Below, in pieces: positions 1 to 10,129 of a stretch of DNA of 53,703 nucleotides. The first letter of the stretch is position 1; each line of letters starts with the position of its first letter. The translations under genes were made by a program, and so were the position numbers. Source of the stretch: a virus (lineage: Duplodnaviria; Caudoviricetes); the IMG/VR virus record IMGVR_UViG_3300018939_000022, positions 1-53,703 of that record. One strand, given 5' to 3'. The notes below the pieces were generated by a model, which ran no database searches, was not told where the DNA came from, and was given only the letters and a program-made list of their open reading frames with translations.

Positions 1-255
1 ATGGCAGACATGGACGAGCAGAATGAGCAGTCTTGGCTTCGCGGCAACAAGGCGGCGTACCGTGCGATCATGGCGGAGTGCCTACGCAACCTCGGCCACG
101 GCGACAGGGACGCGCGCTCGTGGGCCTTAGAGCGCGCCGATGTCATCCTAGTGCTGCGTGACCTGTGCGAAAGGTACGGCGACAACGAGTGGCCCGACGA
201 TCTTCACCTCGGCGACGTGCTGAGGAAGCACTTAGAGCCGCACCTTGAGGGGTAG
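1..255 (+). CDS. Hypothetical phage protein
   Basis: 84-aa ORF, first of four tandem small plus-strand ORFs. Confidence 0.55.
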   Translation: MADMDEQNEQSWLRGNKAAYRAIMAECLRNLGHGDRDARSWALERADVILVLRDLCERYGDNEWPDDLHLGDVLRKHLEPHLEG

Positions 256-445
256 AATGGTAGGCACACAGATCAAGTGCGAAGACTGCGGCTGGCAGGG
301 TGACGAGAAGGAACTGCTTACACGGCAGTACCAACCCGACGACGATCTGGCGCACCCCGATTGGACGGAAGATGTCTGCCCTAAGTGCCAAAGCGTGCTG
401 TGGTTTCCATTAGAGGAAGGTGCCGAACAGTCATCCGCTTCATAA
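245..445 (+). CDS. Small zinc-ribbon hypothetical protein
   Basis: CEDC...CPKC pairs; probable ATG at 257. Confidence 0.55.
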   Translation: MRGRMVGTQIKCEDCGWQGDEKELLTRQYQPDDDLAHPDWTEDVCPKCQSVLWFPLEEGAEQSSAS

Positions 446-463
446 TGGCGGGCGTGGAGATAA

Positions 464-679
464 ATGGCGATGGGGCAAGTGATTAACTTTCAGGACGAGG
501 TGGCACGGCCGTTAGAGAAGTTGAACGCGGCACTCAGGGACAAGATCGTCGCCGAGATCGCCGAAGACGACGGGGGCATGGATTCGATGCTCATCATCCG
601 GTTCGCGGACGCCTCCGCGCTACGCATCCGCTACGACTGGATATACGAGTTCGAGATCACCGACCCGCCTCCGCGCTAA
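464..679 (+). CDS. Hypothetical protein
   Basis: GGAG RBS upstream, 71 aa. Confidence 0.55.
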   Translation: MAMGQVINFQDEVARPLEKLNAALRDKIVAEIAEDDGGMDSMLIIRFADASALRIRYDWIYEFEITDPPPR

Positions 680-710
680 GGGTCTGCTTCGTGGCCGCGA
701 GGATTAAGTC

Positions 711-974
711 ATGCGAGTGCCAAACGCCGACGGCGAGGTAATCTTGTTCCGGGGATTGCTCGCCACGATCATCGCCTCCGGCGACTTCCACGCCGGAACG
801 GTGCGGGTGCGCGTCGAAGACGAGCGCGGCGAGGACATCACGCACCTCGCCCGCATGGGTGACACCGTGCAGGACGTGCGGCGCAGCTACGTGGTCATGG
901 AGTTAGATCGCCCCGGCTTCGACGGCCCCTTCTGCACGCCGGATTGGTTCGGTGATGCGCGGTTAGCCGGCTGA
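711..974 (+). CDS. Hypothetical protein
   Basis: GAGG RBS, 87 aa, converges on the tail gene. Confidence 0.55.
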   Translation: MRVPNADGEVILFRGLLATIIASGDFHAGTVRVRVEDERGEDITHLARMGDTVQDVRRSYVVMELDRPGFDGPFCTPDWFGDARLAG

Positions 975-1040
975 GTGCGCCGCGGCCGTGGGCGGCAGTA
1001 GTTTCAGTTCCCCTCCCGCCTCAGTGGTGTATGATCCTCT

Positions 1041-4000
1041 CTAGTCGTGGAAGGCGATGACGTGGATGATGATTGTCTGGGGGGTCGGCAGGTCGTTGAA
1101 CATCCTGATGTAGATGCCCGTGCCTTGGAAGTTACTGTTTTTCCCCCATTCCATCACCCCAACGAAACCACCCTTGTGGGGCGGCCCAGGCGGGAGTTCG
1201 GTCGAGACCTGACAGGTGTAGTTGCCGTCGGCGAACGGCGCGTCGAAGTCCACCTGATAGGTCTGGGTGCTCTGCGCCGCGAGCGTGAAAGTTTGGCGCT
1301 TGTGCTTGACGCCTCCGCCCTGCGCGACGCCCTTCAAAAACTTCACCCGCGCCGTCGTCCCGATCTCAATAGCCGACTGGTTGTTCGCGCCTAAGACGAG
1401 CGGCCGGGCGTTGTAGGTGAGGATGAGGAAGCCGTTGTTGTAAGTGTTGTTGCCGAGGCCCGCGAGCACCGACCAGCCGGCGTCGCCCGTCTTCCCCGGC
1501 AGGTCGGTCAGGAAGAAGTTGTGCGCGTAGGTGTGTCCGTGCGCGAATAACACCATGTAGTTGTTCGACCACTCGGCCGCGCCGGCCGAGTTGCTTACGA
1601 TGATGCCGGGCCGCGCCGTCGCCTGCGAGGAGTTGTAGTGCGCGAGGTTGGCGAAGTCCGTCGTCGTGGTGTCGTTGACGGCAACCGTTTTCACCTGCGC
1701 CGCGCCTTGTATGTCCGACCCGATCTGGAACTTGCTGTTCGGCGTGACGCCGATGCCGACGTTACCGCCAGACTCCGTCACGGCCGAGTCGCCGAGCGTG
1801 TTCGTGCCGGTGAACTTCGCCAGCTTGCCCGAAGTACCCGATCCACTGACGCCGGAGGACGCCGGCAGCCAGCCCGACGCGAGCTTGCCGTCGGAGCCGG
1901 CCTTCGGGATGGCGTTGGCTGCGGGCGTGGCAGTCGCCACCTCGTCACCGCCGCCGTGCTTGTGGGAGGCGGCGTGCGCGCTCGGCGTCATAGCCTGGCT
2001 GAGCATCACCGCGCCTTTGATTGAGGACGTGGCCGAGGGTAGGTCGGCCGGCTGAATCAACGGGAACACGCTGAGCGGCTGCACCACGGACGGTGAAGAG
2101 GGCGTCACCGGCAGCTCCACTTCTGCGGCGACGTATAGGCCCGCCGGGACACCGCCCGGCTGCAAGTTCAGGGCGACCACTACATTCTCGTTCAGCCCGT
2201 CCAGATCGCTTCTGGCAAGTTCGATGCTTGCCAGCTCCCCCCACTGGTCAACGGTGTCGTAAGCGACGACCACGGTGGTACGCCGGACGGATCGGCGTCC
2301 GGAGTCGGAGGCATTAGGCAGTGTGACCGGCACATTGATGGAGCCGACACGGGCCGTTATCGCCCCGATCTGGGGCGTGGGGTTGCCGTAGATCGCTCGG
2401 CTAAACGTGACCGACACCCAATCGACACTCTCGCGCCGCCCACGCGCCAAGGCTTTCACGCGCCAAGCCGTAGTAGGATTGCCCAACCCGTCAACGAGGT
2501 CGGGTATTTGCGGATCGAACCAAGAGTTCGAGTCCACGGTCGTCACGTCATGCCAGCCCGTCACGCCGCCCTGCACCTTGAAACGCTGGACGCGGTAGGC
2601 CCTTACGTCCCACTCGGCGTTGGCGTCCCACCGGAGTTGAACCCCTGCGCGCGAAGCGGACTCGACGGCGAGGCCCGCCACGTTCGCCGGCGGCGGCAGC
2701 GGCAGCACCGTGAAGGAATAAGTGTCCGCGCCCTCTAACCCCCTCGACACCCCCTTCAGACTCTCCGTGACGATCTTAAAATCGTTCGCGCCGAGCGGCG
2801 TGTTCTCCACCTCAAACGTACCCTCGCGCGTTACGGGGTCTGGCGTCACCAGGATGTTCTGGGCGGCGAAGTCGAACTCGCGGACTTCGTTCACGCCCGA
2901 CCCGGCGGACGTGCCGTTGACCGGACTGCCCCCCTGCGTCAGTGCCAACTTGAAGGTGTTCTGCGCCGCGCTGACGACGTAGTAGGGCGTGCCGGCGGCG
3001 AACCCGGCGGGCAGCGCCCCCGCCGTGAACAGCTCCACCTTCGCGCCCGCCGGGTAGCCGTGAGAGGCCGCGGTGAAGGCGTCCGTTGCGGGGTCGAAGG
3101 TGAAGGCTTTGCGAGGCCGTTTCCAATAGACCCGACCTCTCTGCGGGTGCGCGAAGGGCGCGAAGCGGACTGTGCCATGGATGTATGGCACGTGCGTGTC
3201 GTCGGGCGTGAAGCGGTCGAACTTGAGGAGCGTGACCGCCTCTGCGGGCGGCGGGGGCACAGACCAGTGCGGTATGTCGGAGACGACGCGCTGCGGCAGT
3301 ACGGCGTGGGCGTCGTCCGAGTACCAGTCGTCAACGTGCGAGCGGCCGACGAAGGCGCGGGCGTCCGCCGTCTGGTTGGGGGATAGAAACGTCTCCTTCG
3401 TGATGAAGAGTTTAAAAGGGGAGGACTCCCGCACGCCGGAAACTTCGTGCGAATAGGTGATCACGTCGCACTTGGCTGCCTTGTGCGCGTCGGCGAAGCT
3501 GCCGAGGTTCACGAAGTAGGACAGCGCGTGGAGGACGTTCATCTCCGTCTCGGCTATCCGGCTGGCGAGTGAGTGCGTGGCGACGCCGATGTGGGGCAGC
3601 GTGAGAGGGTTTTTCGGCGGCTTCGTCGGGTCTTCCCTCCGATCCGCGGCCACGGAGCGCGTCGAGAAGAAGGGATCGTCCAGATCGTCGTAAGGGACGA
3701 TCAGGTAGTCCGGCCTTCCCTCGCGCGCCAAGGGCGTCAGGCTGAACGATCTGTCAAGAATGTTCGTCCGCTTGGCAGTCTGCGTCAGATCGTAAGTGAG
3801 CGGGAAAGTGACGGCGCGGTCGGGCGTCGTCAGCACGCGGATGGCCCCGTTCACGTCCTGCCAACTCACGCCGGGCGCGCGGCGGAAGACAGCGCGGAAG
3901 GCCGCGGGTGCTGGCGTGCCTGGCGCGAAGGCCATGTGCGCGTTGTACCGTTCGACCGGGCGCGAGGGCGGGATCAGCCTCGATTGCGGGACGATCTCTT

Positions 4001-4952
4001 TCGGAACTGAGGCGTGCGACCACGAGAGGTGCAGCCCGCCAAGGGTCTCGTCCTGCCTGTATTCGACTACGATGTTGTACTCGGTGTTAGCCGCGAGCGT
4101 GACGGTTCCCGAAGACTCCCGCATCCCACCCCCGGCCCAATCGTTGACCAACTGGACGCCGTTCACCCACAGGCGGCAGGCGTCGTCGTACCTCGCGTAG
4201 AACGTCCACGCGCCCGCGTGAGGGGGCTTCACCTTCCCCGTGAACCTCGCGGAGAAGGGTGCCGCGGGAACGTCCGGGGCGGGGCTGACGTAATCCCAAT
4301 CCCTATCCAGATAAGGCTCGTTCCGGGTGTGGGCGAGGGCCGTGAGCGTGCCGTCCGCGTAGTATTGTCCGAGCAGGCCCGTGCCGGCCTCGAAGGGGAT
4401 TACGCCGGGGCAGCGGGCTTTAAAACCCATCCACGATTGACGCCAGCGGTTAAAGCGCGCGAGCGGCATCCCCTGCCGCTCCGTGGCGATGAACAGCGCG
4501 ACGAGCGCGTTATTGGCCGAGACGATCTTGGTCGGCAGGCGCACTAGGCTGCTGCCGCTGATCTCGTAATCGTGAACCTTGAGGGCGTTGATGATCCAGA
4601 GGATCGGCTCCGGCTCGTCCGTGCCTTCGGAGAGTTCCAGGGGCAGCAGCCACTCGACCCACGAGCGCCCCGCCGGGCGGAAGCCCGGCAGACCCGGTAT
4701 GAGTTCGGGCGGGCCGGACTCCACGCCGTCGTCCGAGGTGTGGTATTGCCAGTTGCGAGCACCCGCAGAATCGAACTCCGGTATTTCCCTGCCACTGGCG
4801 TAGTAGGCTTTTAGCACCCCGCCGCCCTCGCCCTTGCCGAGCAGATCGATGCCGGCGAAGCGGCTGCCGACGCGGCCGAACCACTGGCGCGCGCCGTAGG
4901 TGGCCTGCTCGCCGAAGGCGTCTATCAGGCGTGCGTAGCGGCGCATGATCAA
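1041..4952 (-). CDS. Tail tip / host-specificity protein with PA14, FN3-like and C-terminal fibre domains
   Basis: 1303 aa, two genes after the TMP; PA14 signature (GLLGQYY...FSARFTG...DDACRLWVNG...LHLSW); FN3-like PPANVAGL..VQLRW..YRV; fibre-like GNVGIG segment. Confidence 0.85.
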   Translation of the reverse strand: MIMRRYARLIDAFGEQATYGARQWFGRVGSRFAGIDLLGKGEGGGVLKAYYASGREIPEFDSAGARNWQYHTSDDGVESGPPELIPGLPGFRPAGRSWVEWLLPLELSEGTDEPEPILWIINALKVHDYEISGSSLVRLPTKIVSANNALVALFIATERQGMPLARFNRWRQSWMGFKARCPGVIPFEAGTGLLGQYYADGTLTALAHTRNEPYLDRDWDYVSPAPDVPAAPFSARFTGKVKPPHAGAWTFYARYDDACRLWVNGVQLVNDWAGGGMRESSGTVTLAANTEYNIVVEYRQDETLGGLHLSWSHASVPKEIVPQSRLIPPSRPVERYNAHMAFAPGTPAPAAFRAVFRRAPGVSWQDVNGAIRVLTTPDRAVTFPLTYDLTQTAKRTNILDRSFSLTPLAREGRPDYLIVPYDDLDDPFFSTRSVAADRREDPTKPPKNPLTLPHIGVATHSLASRIAETEMNVLHALSYFVNLGSFADAHKAAKCDVITYSHEVSGVRESSPFKLFITKETFLSPNQTADARAFVGRSHVDDWYSDDAHAVLPQRVVSDIPHWSVPPPPAEAVTLLKFDRFTPDDTHVPYIHGTVRFAPFAHPQRGRVYWKRPRKAFTFDPATDAFTAASHGYPAGAKVELFTAGALPAGFAAGTPYYVVSAAQNTFKLALTQGGSPVNGTSAGSGVNEVREFDFAAQNILVTPDPVTREGTFEVENTPLGANDFKIVTESLKGVSRGLEGADTYSFTVLPLPPPANVAGLAVESASRAGVQLRWDANAEWDVRAYRVQRFKVQGGVTGWHDVTTVDSNSWFDPQIPDLVDGLGNPTTAWRVKALARGRRESVDWVSVTFSRAIYGNPTPQIGAITARVGSINVPVTLPNASDSGRRSVRRTTVVVAYDTVDQWGELASIELARSDLDGLNENVVVALNLQPGGVPAGLYVAAEVELPVTPSSPSVVQPLSVFPLIQPADLPSATSSIKGAVMLSQAMTPSAHAASHKHGGGDEVATATPAANAIPKAGSDGKLASGWLPASSGVSGSGTSGKLAKFTGTNTLGDSAVTESGGNVGIGVTPNSKFQIGSDIQGAAQVKTVAVNDTTTTDFANLAHYNSSQATARPGIIVSNSAGAAEWSNNYMVLFAHGHTYAHNFFLTDLPGKTGDAGWSVLAGLGNNTYNNGFLILTYNARPLVLGANNQSAIEIGTTARVKFLKGVAQGGGVKHKRQTFTLAAQSTQTYQVDFDAPFADGNYTCQVSTELPPGPPHKGGFVGVMEWGKNSNFQGTGIYIRMFNDLPTPQTIIIHVIAFHD

Positions 4953-5593
4953 TACAGGAGCGGCCGGTGATCGAGGGTGTCGTCCGACGGGCGGAAAAAG
5001 CCCCCGCCCCGGTAGCCGCCGAAGGATTCAAGGTCGCGCTGCCCCCCACCCGTGTCGCCCCCGACCACGCCCCCGCCGGGGACAACGACCGCGCCGGAGA
5101 CCTCGGCGGCAACCGGGGCCAGCTCCTCCAAAAAGACGCTCTCGCCGCTCATCACCTTCGACGGGTCTGCGTGGTCGGCGATCAGGGTGAAGCGGGCCTC
5201 GCCCTCGTTTACCGTCAGGTGCCGGACGACGAAGTAGCCGATCTCGTCCGTGTGCCACGCGCCCCCGCCCGGCCCCGACACGGCGCGGCTGTACAGGACG
5301 GACGCGCCGTCGAGCGGGCTGACGCCGTTCTCGTCCGTCGCGCCGAACAGCCCGTCCGCGTTCTGCAACGTCATGGGGAAGCGCGCCCCGTCCCCCTGCT
5401 CGTCATCGGAAAAGATCACCTCCGGCAGCTCGCGCACCTCCGGCCCGTAGGACTGCCCCGCGACCGTCACGGCCACGTCCGAGACGTAAACCGTCGCGCC
5501 GCCGTGCAGGGTTATCCTGAACAGGTGCGCCGAGTCGAACCCGCCGGCCGCGAGGGTGGCGTCGTACTCCGGGCTTTGGCCGTCCCTTGGCAT
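4949..5593 (-). CDS. Minor tail / hub protein
   Basis: Lies between the TMP and tail tip genes, stop overlaps the next start. Confidence 0.65.
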   Translation of the reverse strand: MPRDGQSPEYDATLAAGGFDSAHLFRITLHGGATVYVSDVAVTVAGQSYGPEVRELPEVIFSDDEQGDGARFPMTLQNADGLFGATDENGVSPLDGASVLYSRAVSGPGGGAWHTDEIGYFVVRHLTVNEGEARFTLIADHADPSKVMSGESVFLEELAPVAAEVSGAVVVPGGGVVGGDTGGGQRDLESFGGYRGGGFFRPSDDTLDHRPLLY

Positions 5594-5607
5594 CGTTCGC
5601 TTCCCCT

Positions 5608-8600
5608 CTAGACGGGCGCGCGCAGCGCCGATAGCCTCACGCGCGACTCCGAAGTCTCTATGATGACGCGGCGGCCCGCGCCCTGTTCCATCGCTGTCGT
5701 CACGATCCTGATCATGCCCTGGTCGTCGATGACGGCTTCGTTGTGTACGGCGATGTGGATGGGCGCGAGGTTGCCCCCAGACGCGCCGGAACCGCCCGCG
5801 GCAGGGGCGTGGAAGGCCGGGGCGGAAAACGACGGCGTGGGCGCGGTAAACGTCGGCAATGAAGGCGTCGGGGGCAGCGCAGGCATTGAAGCCGCGGGCG
5901 GGATGTTCGCGCCGCCGGAGAGGCCCGTGAGCGTGCCAGAGAGGACGCTGATCGGCACGTCGTAGGTGGCGCGCATGTTCATTCGGTTCGACTCGTCGCG
6001 GGCGCGAACCGCGTCGGCCTCCCGCGCCGCCCGTTCAAGCGTCGGCCACAGTGCGGTGTAGTGCGAGCGGGTGGCGATTGCTATTCGCTTCGTCTTGCTG
6101 TCACGAATCTGAGAGATTGATTGGTCATATCTACGCATCACCTCGTCAAAGGCGGTGCGCGCATCTCTCAGCCCTAACTGCCCCTGCTGCGCCTGCCTGA
6201 TCAAATCCCAAATCGCCGCCCCCGTGTCGTTGTTGATCTGTCCGCGCAGGGTCTCGTCGCGGCGGCGGGCTGCGTTGCGGCGCATGATCAAAGACCCCAC
6301 GACAAGCGCCCCGCCCGCGATGGCGGTAAAGGGGTTTGAGAACAAGGGCGCGAGGAACGATTTTGCGAGGAACGTCGGCGCGGCCGTGAGTCCGATCCCG
6401 GCGAGCAGCCCGCCCGCGCCCCCGATCACAGAACCGATCCCGCCGCCTCCGAGTTGCGCGCCGGCCGACGCGGCGAGCAGCGGCAGCATCGCGGCCATCG
6501 GCCCCCCCGTGCCGGGCTTCATCCCGAAGCCGATGCCGCGGAACAGATCGCCGAAGCGCATGGTCTGCGTCGCCGCGCTAAAGATTTGGCCGCCGCCGCC
6601 TCCGGAAGCTGACACGGGCGGTGCTATGTTCGGCCCGGCGAGTTCGCGGAAGATTGACGCCCCGCCCGACGGGGTGAAGCCGAGGCCCGATCCGGCCGAG
6701 CCGTTGAAGAGGGGCGTGCCGCCGGGGCCGGAGCGGCCGAAGATGCCGCCGAGGATGTTGCCGAGGTTGAAGCCACCGCCACTCTGCTGGCCTCCGCCGA
6801 GGCCACCCTGCGCGGCGAAGAGTTGGCTGAGCGCGATGCGAGCGAAGCCGGAGATCAGGTCTTTAACTAAGCCGCCGATGACGCCGAGCTTGCTAGTCCA
6901 CTTATCCAAACCACGATCAATGAAATCAAAGGTGGATTGAATGACGCCGATCCGCGCGTCGGCTATAACCTCTGTCACGCTGCGCTGCGAGGCAAGGAAC
7001 TCTAAGACGGAAGCGTTCGCGCGGTCGGCGTGGAAGATCGTCTGATCCCCCAACCTGACCTGCGCCCTGATCTGATCCTCTATCGCGTCCACGTCCGCGC
7101 GCCGGAGTGCGTTCAACTCTTCTAACAGCACGACCTGCTGGCGCAGCCCCGCATTCGCGCCCATCGTCACCGACTCGTCCTGCAAAGCGGTAAGCCGCTC
7201 GATCAACTCGATCTCTTCGTTGCGAACCCGCAAAAGCCTCCGCTGCTCCGAGAGTTGATCGTCTGCGGCCTCGCTTCTCAGATTCCGCAGCCGCCCTTCG
7301 GCCCTTTCCAAATCGGCGACGATTTCAAGCCCGCGCTCTAGACGCTCGTTGTCGGCCTCGCGGCGGATCAGTTCTATCTCGTGGATGAAGTTTCGTTGTC
7401 TGTCGTGTAACTCCTGTTCGCGGGCCATCTGCCGGTCATACATTTCCTCAACCGCGCGGCCGTAAGTAGTCGTGGTGCGATCCGTCTTAAACAGCGCGTC
7501 CGCGCCGGCAACGCCCGCACCCCCAACCAAACCCGCTTCCACCGGCTGTGCGTTCTGGCGGGCGCGGATGTCCAAAGCCCGGTTGACGAACCGCGCCACC
7601 GCGTCCGCCGGAATGAGCTGCGAGGTAGCCCCCTCCGGCCGCCCCTCCCGCCGGATGACATCGGGTAGGACTATCTGCCCCTGCGCGTCGCGGACGAGCG
7701 TTAGCCCGGCCTCGTCGCGCGAGCGTGTGACGGCGCGGCTGCGGACGTTCGCGCCGAATCTCTGCGAGCGTTGGCCGACGTGGATATGTGGCCCCGTACT
7801 CCACGGTTCCCTGCCCGTTGATGGTGTGAACGGAATCCCGCGCTCGCGCAGGTAGTCCATGAATAGCCGCCCCTCCGACGAGGCGGGATTCAAATGCACG
7901 TCTGCCGCGTTTCTATGATCCCACCCGCGGCGGTTGTGCAGCGGGGTCTGCCCGGCGCGGTAAGAGAGCATACGTCCGGTCTGACCTTTAAACCACTCAG
8001 CGATCTGGCGCATCTCGGAGAGGTTGAAACGATCTTCCTCGTCGCGGATGGCGGGTGCTTTCCTTCCACGCCCCGTCCCGCCGCCCGGTGAAGTCGTGTC
8101 TGTCGTGTCGCCGGGCGGGCGGCGGCCCCGCGTGCGGCTGTCGAAGATGTCCCAGCCCATCTCCCCCCCGCCAGTGCCCCCGGCCGCGAACAGCGCGCGG
8201 CGGTTCGTCGCCGACCGCGCAATGGTAGCGTTGAGCCGGCCGTAAGCGGCCGTGATGCTGTCGATCTCCGAGCGCATACGCTGCACGTTGGCGGCCCCGC
8301 CGAGATCGGCTTCCGGGATGCGTGCGCCTTCGGGGATGGCAGAAACGCCGCTCACCGCGCCGAGCGCGCGGATGGCCGGGTGATCGAGCGCGCCGAGCAT
8401 CAGGTTGACGCCGCGGATGACGGCGTTAACCTGCGCCTCAACCGCCGCCGTGACGATCCCGGCGATAGAGCCTCCGAAGAGGGCCATCCCGCGCAAGACG
8501 ACCTCGAAGGCGTTGCCTATCGCCTCGACCGTGTTGATCGTGTTGACCTTCGCCAACTCCCACCCTTTAAGGAGAGTGACGAAGAAGCTCTGCTGATCCT

Positions 8601-9699
8601 TGTCGGCGTTCTGAATCTCTTTGGTCAGCCGGCGGTATTCGTTCGACTGCAATTCAAGGGACTTTAAGACGACCGGGTTGCGGGTGATGAGGTCGCCGAT
8701 CTGGCGCAACAGCCCTTCGTAAGCCTGATCGTTCCCGGCCACCGCCCCCGTGTAGCTCTGCATCACCTTGTCCGCGTCGCCGACCTGCGCGGCAGACTCG
8801 ACGAGCAGCCCGTTGTAGAGGGCTTGGCGGGCCGCCGCGCCCTTCGTCTTGTCCGAGAGGTCTTCGAGGCGGAAGCCCCGCTCCTTGAGGATGACGGACA
8901 GGTTTTTCGTGATGCCGGCGTTATCAACTAGGACTGAGTTCTGATTCTTGACGCCCTCGGTCGCGCTGCGGATCGCGTCCCCGTATGAGAGCGCCTGCTG
9001 CTTTCCGAAAGCCGACGCATCCGAAAAACGCTCCATGAGCGTGATGGCCTGCGGCAGACTAAACCCCGTGGCGAGTAGGTTCTTGAGGCCGGTGGCGGCT
9101 TCACCGACCGAGATGATGCCGCCGCGAACGAAGCGCAGATTTTGGACGGCCCGCCGCGCCTCCTGCTCATCAATGCCCTTAAAGGCCGCGATGGATTCCA
9201 GCCCTTTGAAGGCGTTCTGCGTCTCGGCCGAGATGCGCGCGGCCTCGGCCGGTATCTGCCGGAGTTCGGAGATGAACGATCCGACAGCGCGGGCGGCGAG
9301 GCTGCCGAGGAAGTTCGCCCCGAATAGTTGCTTGAAGGTGACACTAATGCCGAGCGCGTTTCTGTCGGCGGCCTGTTTCTCCCGATCCAGCGAGCGGATA
9401 ATCTCGTTGGCCGACTGCCGGGCGTAGCGCACCCGCGCGTCGTTGAGCACCTTATTGCTGCGCTCCATCAGGCGCTCTTGAGTCTCGCCCTGCCTGCGCG
9501 TCTGCTCCCTGATCCGCTGGACTTCCCTTTCGGCCTTGTCGGTGGAACTGACGCGCGAGCGGTTGGCCGCCTCCGTTGACTTGGAAATGTTCGCGGCCAT
9601 CTGCGCGGTGGCGCGATCAACGTCCTTCTGCCCCCGCAACACCTCGCCGGTTTGCAGGTTCAGAACGATGTCAACGCTATATCTCTTTCCGTCGGCCAC
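5608..9699 (-). CDS. Tail tape measure protein with embedded peptidase domain
   Basis: 1363 aa, Ala/Gly-rich helical protein with hydrophobic C-terminal stretches, downstream of the chaperone genes. Confidence 0.92.
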   Translation of the reverse strand: MADGKRYSVDIVLNLQTGEVLRGQKDVDRATAQMAANISKSTEAANRSRVSSTDKAEREVQRIREQTRRQGETQERLMERSNKVLNDARVRYARQSANEIIRSLDREKQAADRNALGISVTFKQLFGANFLGSLAARAVGSFISELRQIPAEAARISAETQNAFKGLESIAAFKGIDEQEARRAVQNLRFVRGGIISVGEAATGLKNLLATGFSLPQAITLMERFSDASAFGKQQALSYGDAIRSATEGVKNQNSVLVDNAGITKNLSVILKERGFRLEDLSDKTKGAAARQALYNGLLVESAAQVGDADKVMQSYTGAVAGNDQAYEGLLRQIGDLITRNPVVLKSLELQSNEYRRLTKEIQNADKDQQSFFVTLLKGWELAKVNTINTVEAIGNAFEVVLRGMALFGGSIAGIVTAAVEAQVNAVIRGVNLMLGALDHPAIRALGAVSGVSAIPEGARIPEADLGGAANVQRMRSEIDSITAAYGRLNATIARSATNRRALFAAGGTGGGEMGWDIFDSRTRGRRPPGDTTDTTSPGGGTGRGRKAPAIRDEEDRFNLSEMRQIAEWFKGQTGRMLSYRAGQTPLHNRRGWDHRNAADVHLNPASSEGRLFMDYLRERGIPFTPSTGREPWSTGPHIHVGQRSQRFGANVRSRAVTRSRDEAGLTLVRDAQGQIVLPDVIRREGRPEGATSQLIPADAVARFVNRALDIRARQNAQPVEAGLVGGAGVAGADALFKTDRTTTTYGRAVEEMYDRQMAREQELHDRQRNFIHEIELIRREADNERLERGLEIVADLERAEGRLRNLRSEAADDQLSEQRRLLRVRNEEIELIERLTALQDESVTMGANAGLRQQVVLLEELNALRRADVDAIEDQIRAQVRLGDQTIFHADRANASVLEFLASQRSVTEVIADARIGVIQSTFDFIDRGLDKWTSKLGVIGGLVKDLISGFARIALSQLFAAQGGLGGGQQSGGGFNLGNILGGIFGRSGPGGTPLFNGSAGSGLGFTPSGGASIFRELAGPNIAPPVSASGGGGGQIFSAATQTMRFGDLFRGIGFGMKPGTGGPMAAMLPLLAASAGAQLGGGGIGSVIGGAGGLLAGIGLTAAPTFLAKSFLAPLFSNPFTAIAGGALVVGSLIMRRNAARRRDETLRGQINNDTGAAIWDLIRQAQQGQLGLRDARTAFDEVMRRYDQSISQIRDSKTKRIAIATRSHYTALWPTLERAAREADAVRARDESNRMNMRATYDVPISVLSGTLTGLSGGANIPPAASMPALPPTPSLPTFTAPTPSFSAPAFHAPAAGGSGASGGNLAPIHIAVHNEAVIDDQGMIRIVTTAMEQGAGRRVIIETSESRVRLSALRAPV

Positions 9700-9703
9700 G
9701 TTC

Positions 9704-10129
9704 TTACGCCTTCTTCGTCCAGCCTTCTATGAACGCCTTCATCATCGCGCCCGTCTCTGCCATGTGAACCGCGAGCGCGTGTCTGTGTTCCTGCTCCCGC
9801 TTCTCCCACGCCAAGATCAATTCCCTCTCTTCGGATAGCACGTCCTTCGGATCGGAGGGGAAGCCGCACCGCCTTTCTAAGATCAGCCGCTCGACGCGGT
9901 CGCAAAATTCCGCCTCCATCTCCCGATCAACTTCGGGCGCGGCGGCCGGCCCGCGCGGACATTTGTGGCAGCCGAACTGCCCTTCGCGCCGGAGCTTCTC
10001 CTGCTGCTCCTCTGCCGTTTTTTTCAAGTCCTGACACTCGTTCGTGCCGGGACAGTCTTGAGCGCCCGTGGTGTTGTACTGGCGATCCACTCGGAAAGCC
10101 ACGGCCCCCACGAGCGCAGCTAGTTTTTT
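9704..10129 (-). CDS. Tail assembly chaperone gpGT extension (-1 frame)
   Basis: Open -1 frame starting at the slippery A AAA AAC and ending 5 nt before the TMP start. Confidence 0.75.
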   Translation of the reverse strand, partial: KKLAALVGAVAFRVDRQYNTTGAQDCPGTNECQDLKKTAEEQQEKLRREGQFGCHKCPRGPAAAPEVDREMEAEFCDRVERLILERRCGFPSDPKDVLSEERELILAWEKREQEHRHALAVHMAETGAMMKAFIEGWTKKA

